64,000 nt of DNA, from the NCBI GenBank assembly GCA_951406725.2, contig OX597822.1, positions 110,360,001 through 110,424,000 on the forward strand, read 5' to 3'. The DNA is from Octopus vulgaris. Its lineage: Eukaryota. Shown here in pieces: positions 53,412-64,000 of this stretch (positions are counted from its first letter, which is position 1; every line of letters starts with the position of its first letter). Both the position numbers and the translations under genes were made by a program. Below the pieces are notes generated by a model, which did no database searches, was not told the DNA's origin, and saw only the letters and a program-made list of their open reading frames with translations.

Positions 53412-56400
53412 GTGATGGCTATTCACATTGGTTGTTTAAATGTTCATGGCCTGTTGTCAAGCTGGAAGCAAGGACGCTTTCTGAATGACATCAGGTCGAG
53501 AAATTTGGATGTAATTGTTGCAACGGAAACCCGGGTGAAGGGGCCAAGAGATCTGCTCCCCTTCCTGAACGGCTACGAGAAATACGTTTCTCCGAGTCGG
53601 GCGGGAGGTGGGGGTGGGGTGTTGGTCCTACTAAAAAGAAACCGGGTAGCCGAGAAAAAGTTGTTTTTTTCTGACCCAGAAGGCAGGCTGGTCGTTCTCG
53701 ACTTGACATTCAGTTGTGGCAAGACAATCAGGCTGGTCGCTATTTACGCACCAAACATTATTGGCCCGCAAACTGAATATTTTCGTGGCCTAGGAAAGTT
53801 CCTAGCCACATCGCATTCACTAGTAGTGTTAGGAGACTCTAATACAATATGTGCAGCACACACAGATTGTGTTGGCTCAAACTCGAACATGAACATAAAA
53901 TGTAACCCAGGCTTTCGGGATCTGCTAAGTCAATTTCAGCTAGCAGATCCATATAGGTTGGAGCACCCGAACACTCCACAGTGGACGTGGTCAAATAGTG
54001 ACGGGTCTACCAGAACATATCTAGATAGGATTTTAATTAGAGAAAAGATAAGTCCATAGTTGAGTGTCCACAGTTTTTTCTAGTCAGCTACAGTGACCAC
54101 AAGATGGTTACCTGTAAACTGACGGTAGATAATTTGCATAGACAGGGATCTGGCTACTGGAAACTCAATACGTCCCTTTTGGCGATTGAGGAGTACAGAA
54201 AGCGGATCAAGATGTTAATACAGAGGGCATTAACAGGTACCATCATTAATAACAAATGGTGGTACGCCCTAAAAAGAGCCATCAAATATGAGTCTATTAG
54301 GTTTAGCATAAGTTTAGCTAAGAAGGGACGTAAAATAGGAGATGGTCTAGTTAAGGAACTAGAAGAAGCCTGGGGACTGGTAATACAGACCAAGCGACGG
54401 TGAAAAGACTGGAGTTAAACCAGCATCTTGAAGCCCACCACATGGGAAGTATTACCAGAGCTAAGTTACGTGCAATGGGAAGTGAAAGAATCAAAGCCGC
54501 TGGATGGGCCCGAGTGGTGGAAGCTCGGCAAGGAAATAGTTCCTCTATTCGGTCTTTGACGAATCAAAATGGTGTCTTGATAAACGAACCCGAGAAAATG
54601 TGTGAGGTCTTTCGGGAGTACTTCGCCCAGCTGTTCGGGGGTGACGGCGGTCCTGATGGTGGTAGAGCCCTCGAGGACTTTCTTACCGGGCTGCCGTGCC
54701 TCTCGGGGTCGGATGCGGAGTCTTGCGAAGGGCCAATCACACCCGAGGAGGTGATGGAGGCTTTGGCCGATTGTAAAGCGGGTAAGTCGTCGGGACTTGA
54801 TGGTCTTCCGTACGAGCTGTATAAATGTATGCCAGACTTGTTCGGGCAACTACTGACTGACGGGTACGCGAACTGGAAACAGAATGGGTTTATCCCCAGA
54901 TCTGTGCGCCGGGGAGTAGTGACGTTGGTCAGAAACGACCCGGACAAGGGGGACATTCTAGAGAATTTCAGGCCCATCACTCTGTTAAACGCAGAAGTGA
55001 AGATTTTGGCCAAGGTTCTAGCAAAAAGGTTGGCGCGTGTCGCGAATGGTATAGTCGGGGAGGCACAGACATGTGCCATCCCAGGCAAAACCATTCAGGA
55101 TACCCTCCATCTTATTCGCTATACCATAGATAGGTTTGGTAATAAATCTGGCAAAGGTGGGGCATTGGTGCATTTGGACAAGTCTAAAGCTTTTGATAGG
55201 GTTGACCATCGATACCTAGCGACTGTACTTGCGCGGTTTGGCCTGGGCCTTGGCTTCCTGAGGTGGTTTATCGCTTTGTACCACAAATATTTCGATAGTT
55301 CGGGTGAACGGTTTCCTTTCGAAGCCGTTCTGCATCAGACGCTCGGTTCGTCAAGGATGTCCGCTTTCACCACTTTTGTATGTGATGGCTCTCGAGCCAT
55401 TACTGCAAAGGTTGAGTGGCATCCCGAGAGAACCAGGACTAGAAGAGTTTGTTACGGCTTTCGCGGATGATATCACTATCAGTGTAACCACAGTGGCACG
55501 CCTACGTGAAGTAGGTAAGACTATTGAGGCTTACGGGGAGGTAGCAGGAGCAAAGATTAACCGGGAAAAGTCGGTCGGCTTGCAGCTCGGCACCTGGATT
55601 GGCAAGTCGATGCCTTCAGACAGTGTTGTTAGGCGCTGGACGGAGGTACCGGTTAAGTTGCTGGGAGTCTGGTTTGGACCAGGCCTCCAGATAGAGAAGA
55701 ACTGGACGGAGGTATTGAGCAGGGTGGCTGCAGTAGTCAAGACCTGGTCTTGGCGGTGGCTATCCCTGAAAGGGAGGGCGGAAGTGGCCAATGTGTTTAT
55801 CGCATCGGTCATTACCTACCGCCTGACCGTCGTGCCCTGTCCGGATTCGTGGTTGATCAGGTTGGAGAGACAGCTCTTTCGCTTTTTGTGGAAGGGCAGG
55901 TCGCCACTTGTGAAACGCTCTGTCTGCTGTCAAAAGCCTTTAAATGGAGGTTTAGGGATGCCTTGGTTAATGATGCGCAGACATGCGTTGAGGTTGAGGT
56001 ACCTCTGGATTCTCCTGGATAGTGAACGGGTGTGGTCTCCGCTGGCCAGACAAATGTTCCCTGAGTTCAAGAGTTTTTGCGAACAGGAAGCCTGGTGTTC
56101 TCGTAGACCGAGGTCGAGTGAGTGGCATAAAGAGTGCCGTAAGGCCCTCTTGCTGTTCCGGCGCTCGGGCAACGCCAGCGGTGGGGGTTCCACACGGATT
56201 TTATATAGTGGGTTGGTAGAGTCTGAATGCGACGATAGCCTGGGGTCGACTCTAGGTCTCGGATTTATTCAACTGGACAGCTTGTTTCATCGTACATTCG
56301 GGTTGAGAACGTTGGACAACTTCCAAAAGTCCTTAACCTGGCAATGCTACAGAGGTGCCTTGCCCGTTTGGGATAAGCTCGCAAGACATGGTAAACGTCA

Positions 56401-56811
56401 GTCGCCGACCTGTCCAAGATGCGGGGGGACAGGGAAACCGTCCCTCACGCTATTGTTCAGTGTCCGGAGATAACTGAAATGTGGGCTTATGCTGAACATC
56501 TGTTGTCCGGCGAAGGAAGAGTACGGCTGTCGACTGAGTCAATTATAAAAATTGACCCACCGGGAGTTCTAACGAACGAAGGTAAGAATTGTTTTCTCAC
56601 GGTTGTAGCAATAGCAAAAGAGGCTGTATGGAAGACTAGGATAAAAGGAATTAAGACAGACAACTTTATCTCTGGTGACAATTTACGATCCTTTTTTTCT
56701 TTTCATTTGAAAAGGAAACTGTGGCTGGAGAAGAGGTGTCTGTCAGAGTGTACGTTCCAAAAGAGATGGAAGTATGTTGCACGAGTGTTGTGCGTGCAAG
56801 GAACCGTGTGA
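53412..56811 (+). pseudogene. LINE ORF2: APE endonuclease, reverse transcriptase, C-terminal Zn motif; frameshifted
   Basis: GCLNVHGL, YAPN, GDSN, YLDRI, SDHK; RPITLLN, LDKSKAFDRVDH, RQGCPLSPLLY, FADD; CPRC...H...C. Confidence 0.93.
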
Positions 56812-57060
56812 ATAGACGAGGAAAAAAAAAAAAAAAGGAAAAATAAAAAGGTATCAGCGGTAGATCGGGGCTTGTGGGATCGGAGCGTAACTTGATCATC
56901 GCTTCATTTGTATTGTTTTTGTACTGTGTATTCCATTCGATTTTTATGTATTGTATTTTATTTTTGATGTCACATTTATGTAAAATCATATCGATTCACT
57001 GATCCCATCAGTTGTACTGTCCATATCTATGTTTGGCCCCCGGTGGGCAATAAAGAAATT

Positions 57061-57757
57061 CGTATTTCGTCTGCCGTTACGTTCTGAGTTCAAATTCCGC
57101 CGAGGTCGACTTTGCCTTTCATCCTTTCGGGGTTTATAAATTAAGTACCAGTTACGCACTGGAGTCGATGTAATCGACTTAATCCGTTTGTCTTTCCTTG
57201 TTTGTCTCCTCTGTGTTTAGCCCGTTGTGGGTAGTAAAGAAATTGGTGTTTCGTCTGTCATTACGTTCTGAGTTCAAATTCCGCCGAGGTCGACTTTGCC
57301 TTTCATCCTTTTGGGGTCAATAAATTAAGTACCAGTTACGCACTGGGGTCGATTTAATCGACTTAATCCGTTTGTCTGTCCTTGTTTGTCTCCTCTCTGT
57401 TTAGCCCGTTGTGGGCAGTAATAAAAAAGGTGTTTCGTCTGTTGTTACGTTCTGAGTTCAAATTCTGCCCAGGACGACTTTGCCTTTCATCCTTTCGGGG
57501 TCGATATATTAAGTACCAGTTACGCACTGGAGTCGATGTAATCGACTTAATCCCTTTGTCTGTCATTGTTTGTCTCCTCTGTTTTTAGCCTGTTGTGGGC
57601 AGTAATGAAATTGGTGTTTCGTCTGAGTTCAAATTCCGCCGAGGTTGACTTTTCATCTTTTCGGGGTCGATAAATTAAGTACCAGTCGCGTGCTGAGGTC
57701 AATCTAATCGACTGGCCCTCTGCCTCCAAATTCCGGGCCTTGTGCTTAGAGTAGAAA
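57061..57757 (+). repeat. Array of four head-less SINE A units
   Basis: Units begin at ~57061, 57245, 57429, 57613 with g(t/g)(a/g)tttcgtctg; first three carry the Tx1-type tail, the last the older tail. Confidence 0.92.
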
Positions 57758-58100
57758 AGAATCGTTAGCACGCTGGGCAAAATGCTTAGCAGCATTTCAT
57801 TTAACTTTTTCGTTCTGAATTCAAATGCCACCGAGGTCCACGTTACCTTTCATCATTTCGGGGTCGATAAAATAAGTATCATTTAAGCACTGGGGTCGAT
57901 GTAATCAACATACTCCTCTCCCTGAACTTGCCGGCCTTCTGCCAAAATTTGAAATCAATATTAGGAATATCCAAATGGCGCTGAGGTTGACGTTGCCTTT
58001 CATTCTTTCGGGGTCGATTAAATAAGTACTGGTCGAACACTGGGGTCGCTGTAATCGGTTTATCTCCCCCCCCCCGTGTGTTTGCCGCGTGTCAAAATAT
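57758..58100 (+). mobile_element. Two older-tail SINE A copies
   Basis: Core cctttcat..ttcggggtcgat..aataagta; tails ending gccaaaattt / gtcaaaatat. Confidence 0.78.
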
Positions 58101-58289
58101 GAATATTAGGATTATCAATAAATTTCTCAGTTTCCTCGAGTTCGTGTTGCACGGGTCCTCCATAATATACCGTAATCGTTTAGGAGAAGACTATCAAAAT
58201 TTTTATTATAATTTTTATCATATAATCCAAATCTGAATCTTTTTCTACTTTGATTATTTGTAGATGAATATTTAAAAGGCTTTATGCTT

Positions 58290-58520
58290 CTTTCTTTATT
58301 GCCCACAAGGGGCTAAACATAGAGGGGGCAAACAAGGACAGACAGAGGGATTAAGTCGATTACATCGACCCCAGTGCGTAACTGGTACTTAATTTATCGA
58401 CCCCGAAAGGATGAAAGGTAAAGTCGACTTCGGCGGAATTTGAACTCAGAACGTACCGGCAGACGAAAAGCGGCTATGCATTTTGCCCGGCGTGCTACCG
58501 TTTCTGCCAGCTCGCCGCCT
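58290..58520 (-). mobile_element. SINE family A, full length
   Basis: TSD ttaaaaggctttatgctt. Confidence 0.95.
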
Positions 58521-58549
58521 TTAAAAGGCTTTATGCTTATAATAAAGAA

Positions 58550-59100
58550 ATTGGTAGATGAACATTTTGTTTAACTAAAGGGCAATAGTGGTCGAAAAAA
58601 TAAATTTGCAATCCAGAGCATTCTTGTCAGACCATTCCATTTTTCTCACATCAAGTACTACATACATGGGGCAAATGATAGCGTGAGATTTTAGGGAACT
58701 TTTGCTGTGTGTTCTGTTTCTTTTTGGGTGGCGAGGAGATTATTTTCAAAAGACATACTTCTGAAAATAAAATTGTTTTTTATTCCTTACTAGTGTATCT
58801 CTGAAATCAATCATCTAAGGGAAATCGTTATTCTTTAAGAATCCAAAAGTCTGAGAACGTGGGTGATCGTTATTTCTGTTAAACTTATGTCATTCTTGAT
58901 ATATCCTGTAGGCCTATCAAATATTTATGCAAGTGAAATCCAGCTTATCTTGCATAATTTACAGTGCTCTATCTTATGTTTTAATTTAAAGTACAAATAT
59001 TGCTCTATCTTAGGTTTTAATTTAAAGTACAAATATTGTATTGTAAGTCAGTGACTCATTTCTTCTGCAAGAAAACATTGTTTATGTAACCTGATGTTGT
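58550..59100 (-). pseudogene. Possible decayed LRR relic
   Basis: LRLLD/LKNNDF, MSFENNLL, VVLDVRK. Confidence 0.28.
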
Positions 59101-59433
59101 CAGTAAATAAGAAAATAACAAATAGATAGATAAAGAGAGAGGAATTCCAAGGTTGGGAAGAAAAGTATCGTTTCCTTCTATACATTAGTTATGTAACTGC
59201 ATAATATACGTTGACACATAAAAGCTGCTATTTTAAAGTGTTGGTTTGTTTTTTATGCATCTGTTCTAGGTAGGTTTGTTAGATTCTTAAAGATACACTA
59301 TGTGTTCGCATACATTGGCAACTTTCTAGTTAAACTCCACAGCATGTAACTTTAATGTAGTAGTAGTAGCAGTACCTTGTGCTGGGCTTAAGGCTGAGAT
59401 CAGCCCTAATTGAACATTGTGCTAAAAAAGTAA

Positions 59434-59627
59434 GGATATTAACCTTTTGACCTACAGATTTAAAAAATAATTTTTTGTAACTAAACACTTTCAAACTTCA
59501 TCTACTGGTAGAATGTCTCATATAAAACACATTTTACTCTTAGCGTTTTTGAGAAAAGTTTATGTTTATAAAGTTACTTCTTGTTGAAGTTCTCGTATTT
59601 CGATAATTTCAACCAATCAATGACGTA
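59434..59627. mobile_element. Mutator-type MITE arm
   Basis: Matches the left TIR of 21373-21801. Confidence 0.82.
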
Positions 59628-59806
59628 AAAATCCAAAAGTATTCTTTTCATGAAACCATCCATTGCTTCTTTTCCATTGTTTCAATGCGCGTTACTTTTC
59701 AAAACACTGATGTTTTATACGCAATACCTAGCAACTCGGGCGACCACTTAGACTTTCCCTCCATTCTGCAACCGTGCAAAATCCCTAACCGTCCTATTCA
59801 ATAAAG

Positions 59807-60182
59807 TTGGAAGCACTCCGTCGGTTACGACGACGAGGGTTCCGGTTGATCCGAATCAACGGAACAGCCTGCTCGTGAAATTAGTGGCTGAGCACTCAAC
59901 AGACACGTGTACCCTTAACGTAGTTCTCGGGGATATTCAGCGTGACACAGAGAGTGACAAGGCCGGCCCTTTGAAATACAGGTACAGCAGAAACAAGAAG
60001 TAAGAGTGAGAGAAAGTTGTGGTGAAAGAGTACAGCAGGGATCACCACCATCCCCTGCCGGTGCCTCGTGGAGCTTTAGGTGTTTTCGCTCAATAAACAC
60101 TCACAACGCTCGGTCTGGGAATCGAAACCGCGATCCTATGACCGCGAGTCCGCTGCCCTAACCACTGGGCCATTGCGCCTCC
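59807..60182 (-). mobile_element. SINE family B with alternative 3' half (tail type 2)
   Basis: Head as in 24117 up to ctttctctcactc, then unrelated ~190 bp; TSD attcaataaagt. Confidence 0.9.
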
Positions 60183-60390
60183 ATTCAATAAAGTAGTATA
60201 GATATTAACACTTTCATTGTCATAGACATTACGCCAGTCGGCAACATTAATAATGTTACGATTATTATATTTGCTAACACCATTTTCCCTTTCAACGTCA
60301 TAACGAAATAAATTGTCACACTCGGTTTTACACCTTCGTTCTTCACCTTCTTGAAACAGCGTCGTTTGTCTGATACAGTGTGTGTTATTA

Positions 60391-61190
60391 TCTTTATATC
60401 TATATATATAAAAGAGAGGTTGTGTGCTGTCTGTCTCCTACGAATTAGATTCCTAACTACTCCCACATTTTGCGGTGCAGTTTAACCAAAACCGGGTATC
60501 TTATAGTCGTGATTCATATCGAGCCCTTCTGAGTATTAGCGCGCGCCTACGATGAGTCTACGATTAAAAAAAAAAATTACCATCATTTTTTTTCCATTTT
60601 GATGCATTTTTTCGCTATTACATAAGGGAAGTAACTCTCTAAAAATGTCTACGATGAGTCAACAATTTTTTAAAAAAATTACCATCATATTTTTTCCATT
60701 TTTAATGCATTTTTTTGCTATTTTTGCCTATAACTCTCTAAAAATGCTGTATAGTTATTTCCCTTACAAACCCGAGCAACGCCAGGCGATACTGCTAGTT
60801 ATATATAAAAGTGAAGTTGTGTGTCTGTCTCCTACGATTTAGATTCCTAACTACTCCCACATTTTGCGGTGCAGTTTAACAAAAATCGGGTATCTTATAG
60901 TCGTGATTCATATCGAGCCCTTCTGGGTACTAGCGCATGTCTACGATGAGTCTACGATTAAAAAAAAAAAATTCCATCAATTTTTCCCATTTTTAATGCA
61001 TTTTTGGCATATATAAGGGAAGTAACTCTCTAAAAATTTATTATTAAATCTCAGAACGTAAAACGGCTAGAGTACCCCCCCACACTTTGTGGTTAGCCAT
61101 ATTGAGATGGCTATTATACTTTACATCTCTAAAAATGCTTATATAGTTATTTCCCTTACAAACCCGAGCAACGCCGGGCGATACTGATAG
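60391..61190 (+). mobile_element. Head-to-tail tandem of two non-autonomous Helitrons
   Basis: Copy 1 ends CTAG at 60798; copy 2 (60799-61190) follows immediately. Confidence 0.88.
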
Positions 61191-61809
61191 TCTTCTATAA
61201 AACTGTTTTCCTTTCTGATTCGATGAAATTTAAGTATAGTTGTTACAAATACCTTGGTATTAAGTAGGAAGCATTTACAATAGACTTCTAAGGGCACTAG
61301 AAAACATTTAGAATGATCTGTTCCTTGTACAATGTCCTCGTTCTCGTATACACAGAAGGCAAACGTTTATCTTTTGCTGTATGCAATATCATTCTCAAAC
61401 TCTCAGCCACCTCACTCTCCTCGACGCATAGAGTTTCGCTGGGAAAGCCGACGCTCTCTGCACCACCATAGAACGTCAAAACGAAGTTCTAGCGATGGCG
61501 ATGTCTAACTGGCGGAGAGATGTGAGCGACTAACAAAATTCTAGATTCCAACGCCTAGTCTCGGTGATCGTCTAACCTAAGACTGCTTTGCAAAGGAAAT
61601 GGGCTGCAACAAAACAGGATTGCATATACTTACAGTCAAGGAATCTTTGAAGATGCTATAGCCTCAGTACATATTTTCGCATTAACAACCATGGCACGGT
61701 GAGAACGCATGCTGGGCAGACGGGAACTTGTATGCCAAGCAGAGGGGAGTTCACTTAATGATACACACACACACACACATACACACACTTGACGTAGATT
61801 TCAGTTCCA

Positions 61810-62850
61810 TCATTATTAAAATATTCTTCTTTATGTGGAAGGGACACGTTCCACTAATCGGGAGGTGCATTTGTAGATGTACCGCCCGACCAATTTACCG
61901 AGCTCTTCCCTGCTTGGTATACGAGTTCCTGTCTGCCCAGCATACAAGCTCTCCATGCCGAGGTACTAATTTCGTAGATATTATGGCGCCGAGCTGGTAA
62001 GGCGGTGAGCTGGCAGAAACGTTAGCACGCCGGGCGAAATGCTTAGGGGTATTTCCTCTGCCGCTACGCTCTGAGTTCAAATTCCGCCGATGTCGACTTT
62101 GCCTTTCATCCTTTCGGGGTCGATTAAATAAGTACCAGTTACGCACTGGGGTCGATATAATCGACTTAATCCGTTTGTCTGTCCTTGTTTGTCCTCTCTG
62201 TGTTTAGCCCCTTGTGGGTAGTAAAGAAATAGACAATATTCCTTGACTGTAAACATATGAAGTCGTCTTTTGTCATAGCCCATTTCCTTGACAGAGACCT
62301 AGACTTGGTGTTTGAATCTAAAATTTGACCAGTCGGTTACATTTCTCTACCAGTTTGACAATGCCATCAACAGAACTTCATTTTGGCGTTCTATGTTGGG
62401 GGAGAGTGTCAGTTTTCTCGACTAAACTCTAGGCATTCGAAGGGAGTGAGGTGGCTGTTCTTTTCCAGAGAACCTTTGGGTCACGAATTATGGATAACTC
62501 CCTGAAATGCATGACCTAGCATAGAAGTGCCGTTTGCCGGGTCCGTCCGAGATGCACGCGGAGTAAAAAAAACTGTTTTACATGCATACTTCAAGTATCC
62601 AAACACTACTAATACTACTAATTTGTGGAGTTTATCGAACAGTAATTGAAGTGAGTAGGATAGGTTCACATATTGTCCCAGACCACCGTAAAATTTACCC
62701 CATTGTCTTCCCAGGGAAGGCATCTATAGTGAACGAGGGTGTGTAGTGGACGCCTAAGGATTTGAGCAATCCCTCAAGAGGATGGTGAACATAAAAAGGG
62801 AGGTGCTGCCACTCAGTAAAATCCTGGAAAAGTGAGTTATATCCGATATG
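61810..62850 (+). mobile_element. Older Tx1-like LINE ORF2 3' relic, interrupted by a SINE
   Basis: FFFMWKGHVPLIGRCIC ~ FRFLWKGRSPLVKRSVC; FQRTFGSRIMDNSLK.MT ~ FHRTFGLRTLDNFQKSLT of the 53-57 kb ORF2. Confidence 0.68.
62001..62230 (+). mobile_element. SINE family A, full length
   Basis: Consensus match. Confidence 0.94.
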
Positions 62851-63084
62851 CTCTAAACGGGCCTACTTTAAATGTCCGCACCCCATACCGCGTAGGCAGA
62901 GAAACAATGTGGAATAGGTCACTTGGCCTTAGTAATCACGGTCAAAAAGGTTTTGTAAAGTTTCCATGATAGGTTCTAAGCAGCTACCCTTCCTACTGGA
63001 GATGTTGATTGCTGGAATTTTGCTGTTTTGTTATAGCTTCTTTACACAGCATGTACACCTTGCCACTGTTATTTATGACATCGT

Positions 63085-63533
63085 TCATGTGTCTTAACTT
63101 TAGGTTTTAACTTTAGGGTTTGGGTTTTAGGGTTAGGGTTGCGGTTTTAGGGTTAGAGTTACGGAAAAAAATGAAAAATGAAGCACCAACGATTATGGTA
63201 GTGCCATGAATTAAACATGCTTCAGATACACCCGTTTATTCATGCAAACATAACGGAGACGAAATATGTTATAAATAACAGTGACAAACGAAATATACAT
63301 TGCCGGAAGTTGTTGTTGAGAAACAACAGCAAGCTGAATACACATCATTGATTGGTTGAAATTACCGAAATACGACAACTTTAACGCGAAATAACTTTGA
63401 AAATAGAAACTTTTCTCAACACAACTAAGAGTAAAATATGTTTTATGTGACACATTAAGCCAGCGTGCGAAGTTTGAAAGTGTTTAGTTACAAAAAGTTA
63501 TTTTTAAATCTGTCGGTCAAAATGTAACGATCC
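63085..63533. mobile_element. Mutator-type MITE right arm with adjacent TTAGGG-like repeats
   Basis: 63345-63533 matches the right TIR of 21373-21801; ttagggttagggtt tract at ~63110-63160. Confidence 0.72.
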
Positions 63534-63852
63534 CTTATTTTATCGACAACGGAAGAGGAAAGGCAAATTTGAACAAAAGCATAAAGATAGACAAAATACT
63601 GTTAAGAATTTTGTTCGGCATGTTGTTCGGTTCTACCAGCCGGCGGCCTTCGTATACCGACTAATAAAAAATGTACACACTGTGAGAGAGTGGAGTCATT
63701 CGTCTATACTTTTTGTCTATACTTTGTGTGCCTATGAGAAAACTGAAACGGTTGGTAATTTTACTTTTGCTACATTTTTTTTGATACTGCCGACAACAAG
63801 GTTTTTAGCTACATTTCTTCCTCTCCTGAACTGCTGCACCAAGATATAATTC

Positions 63853-64000
63853 GGATCTTTTCGGTTTCAACGGCAGTTGTTTCTAGCGCTGTCATATGAA
63901 ATTGTCACCCATAATTATGACCCTAGTATCGATCTATTGCATGTCAATCTGTTTTAGGGTTAGGGTTAGGAGTGGAGGGAAGGGTATCTTTTTTCTACAA
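63853..64000. mobile_element. Left end of a related MITE (truncated by window)
   Basis: ggatcttttcggtttcaacggcag resembles the 21373 terminus; followed by ttagggttagggttagg. Confidence 0.55.

Larger units (their letters stand above)
51711..57060 (+). mobile_element. Near-full-length Tx1-clade (L1 group) LINE, ~5.35 kb, inactivated
   Basis: ORF1 + ORF2 (APE-RT-Zn); 16-bp TSD cgtatttcgtctg(t/c)cg at 51695-51710 and 57061-57076. Confidence 0.93.

Noticed and set aside
57061-57757. CRISPR-like or satellite array
   Set aside because: Units are ~184-bp SINE bodies with no unique spacers, and the context is eukaryotic.
63085-64000. Telomere or chromosome end
   Set aside because: Only a few degenerate TTAGGG units, associated with MITE arms.

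Overview
AT-rich, microsatellite-dense eukaryotic DNA with no intact host gene. The SINE families and repeat landscape look like a cephalopod (octopus-type) genome; this is an inference. Contents: a near-full-length, decayed Tx1/L1-group LINE (51711-57060) and a second Tx1 relic; about 20 copies of a tRNA-derived Meta-domain SINE plus three other SINE families; Penelope-like GIY-YIG fragments with minimal hammerhead ribozymes; R4/Dong and CR1-like LINE relics; three Tc1/mariner relics; non-autonomous Helitrons; a Mutator-type MITE family; and long (CATA)n/(TA)n tracts. Main observations: (1) the Tx1 LINE shares its 3' tail with the dominant SINE and is inserted, with a 16-bp TSD, at the same internal SINE site where that SINE stacks into head-less tandem arrays, suggesting a LINE/SINE pair that targets its own SINE; (2) a tRNA-like Pol III head plus a hammerhead ribozyme form a module downstream of a Penelope ORF and also occur as solo copies; (3) the unique DNA between the repeats carries many LRR/LRRCT/TIR-like peptide remnants, suggesting a decayed Toll-like receptor gene cluster. 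All coordinates and translations were read by eye, so ends of degenerate features are approximate.
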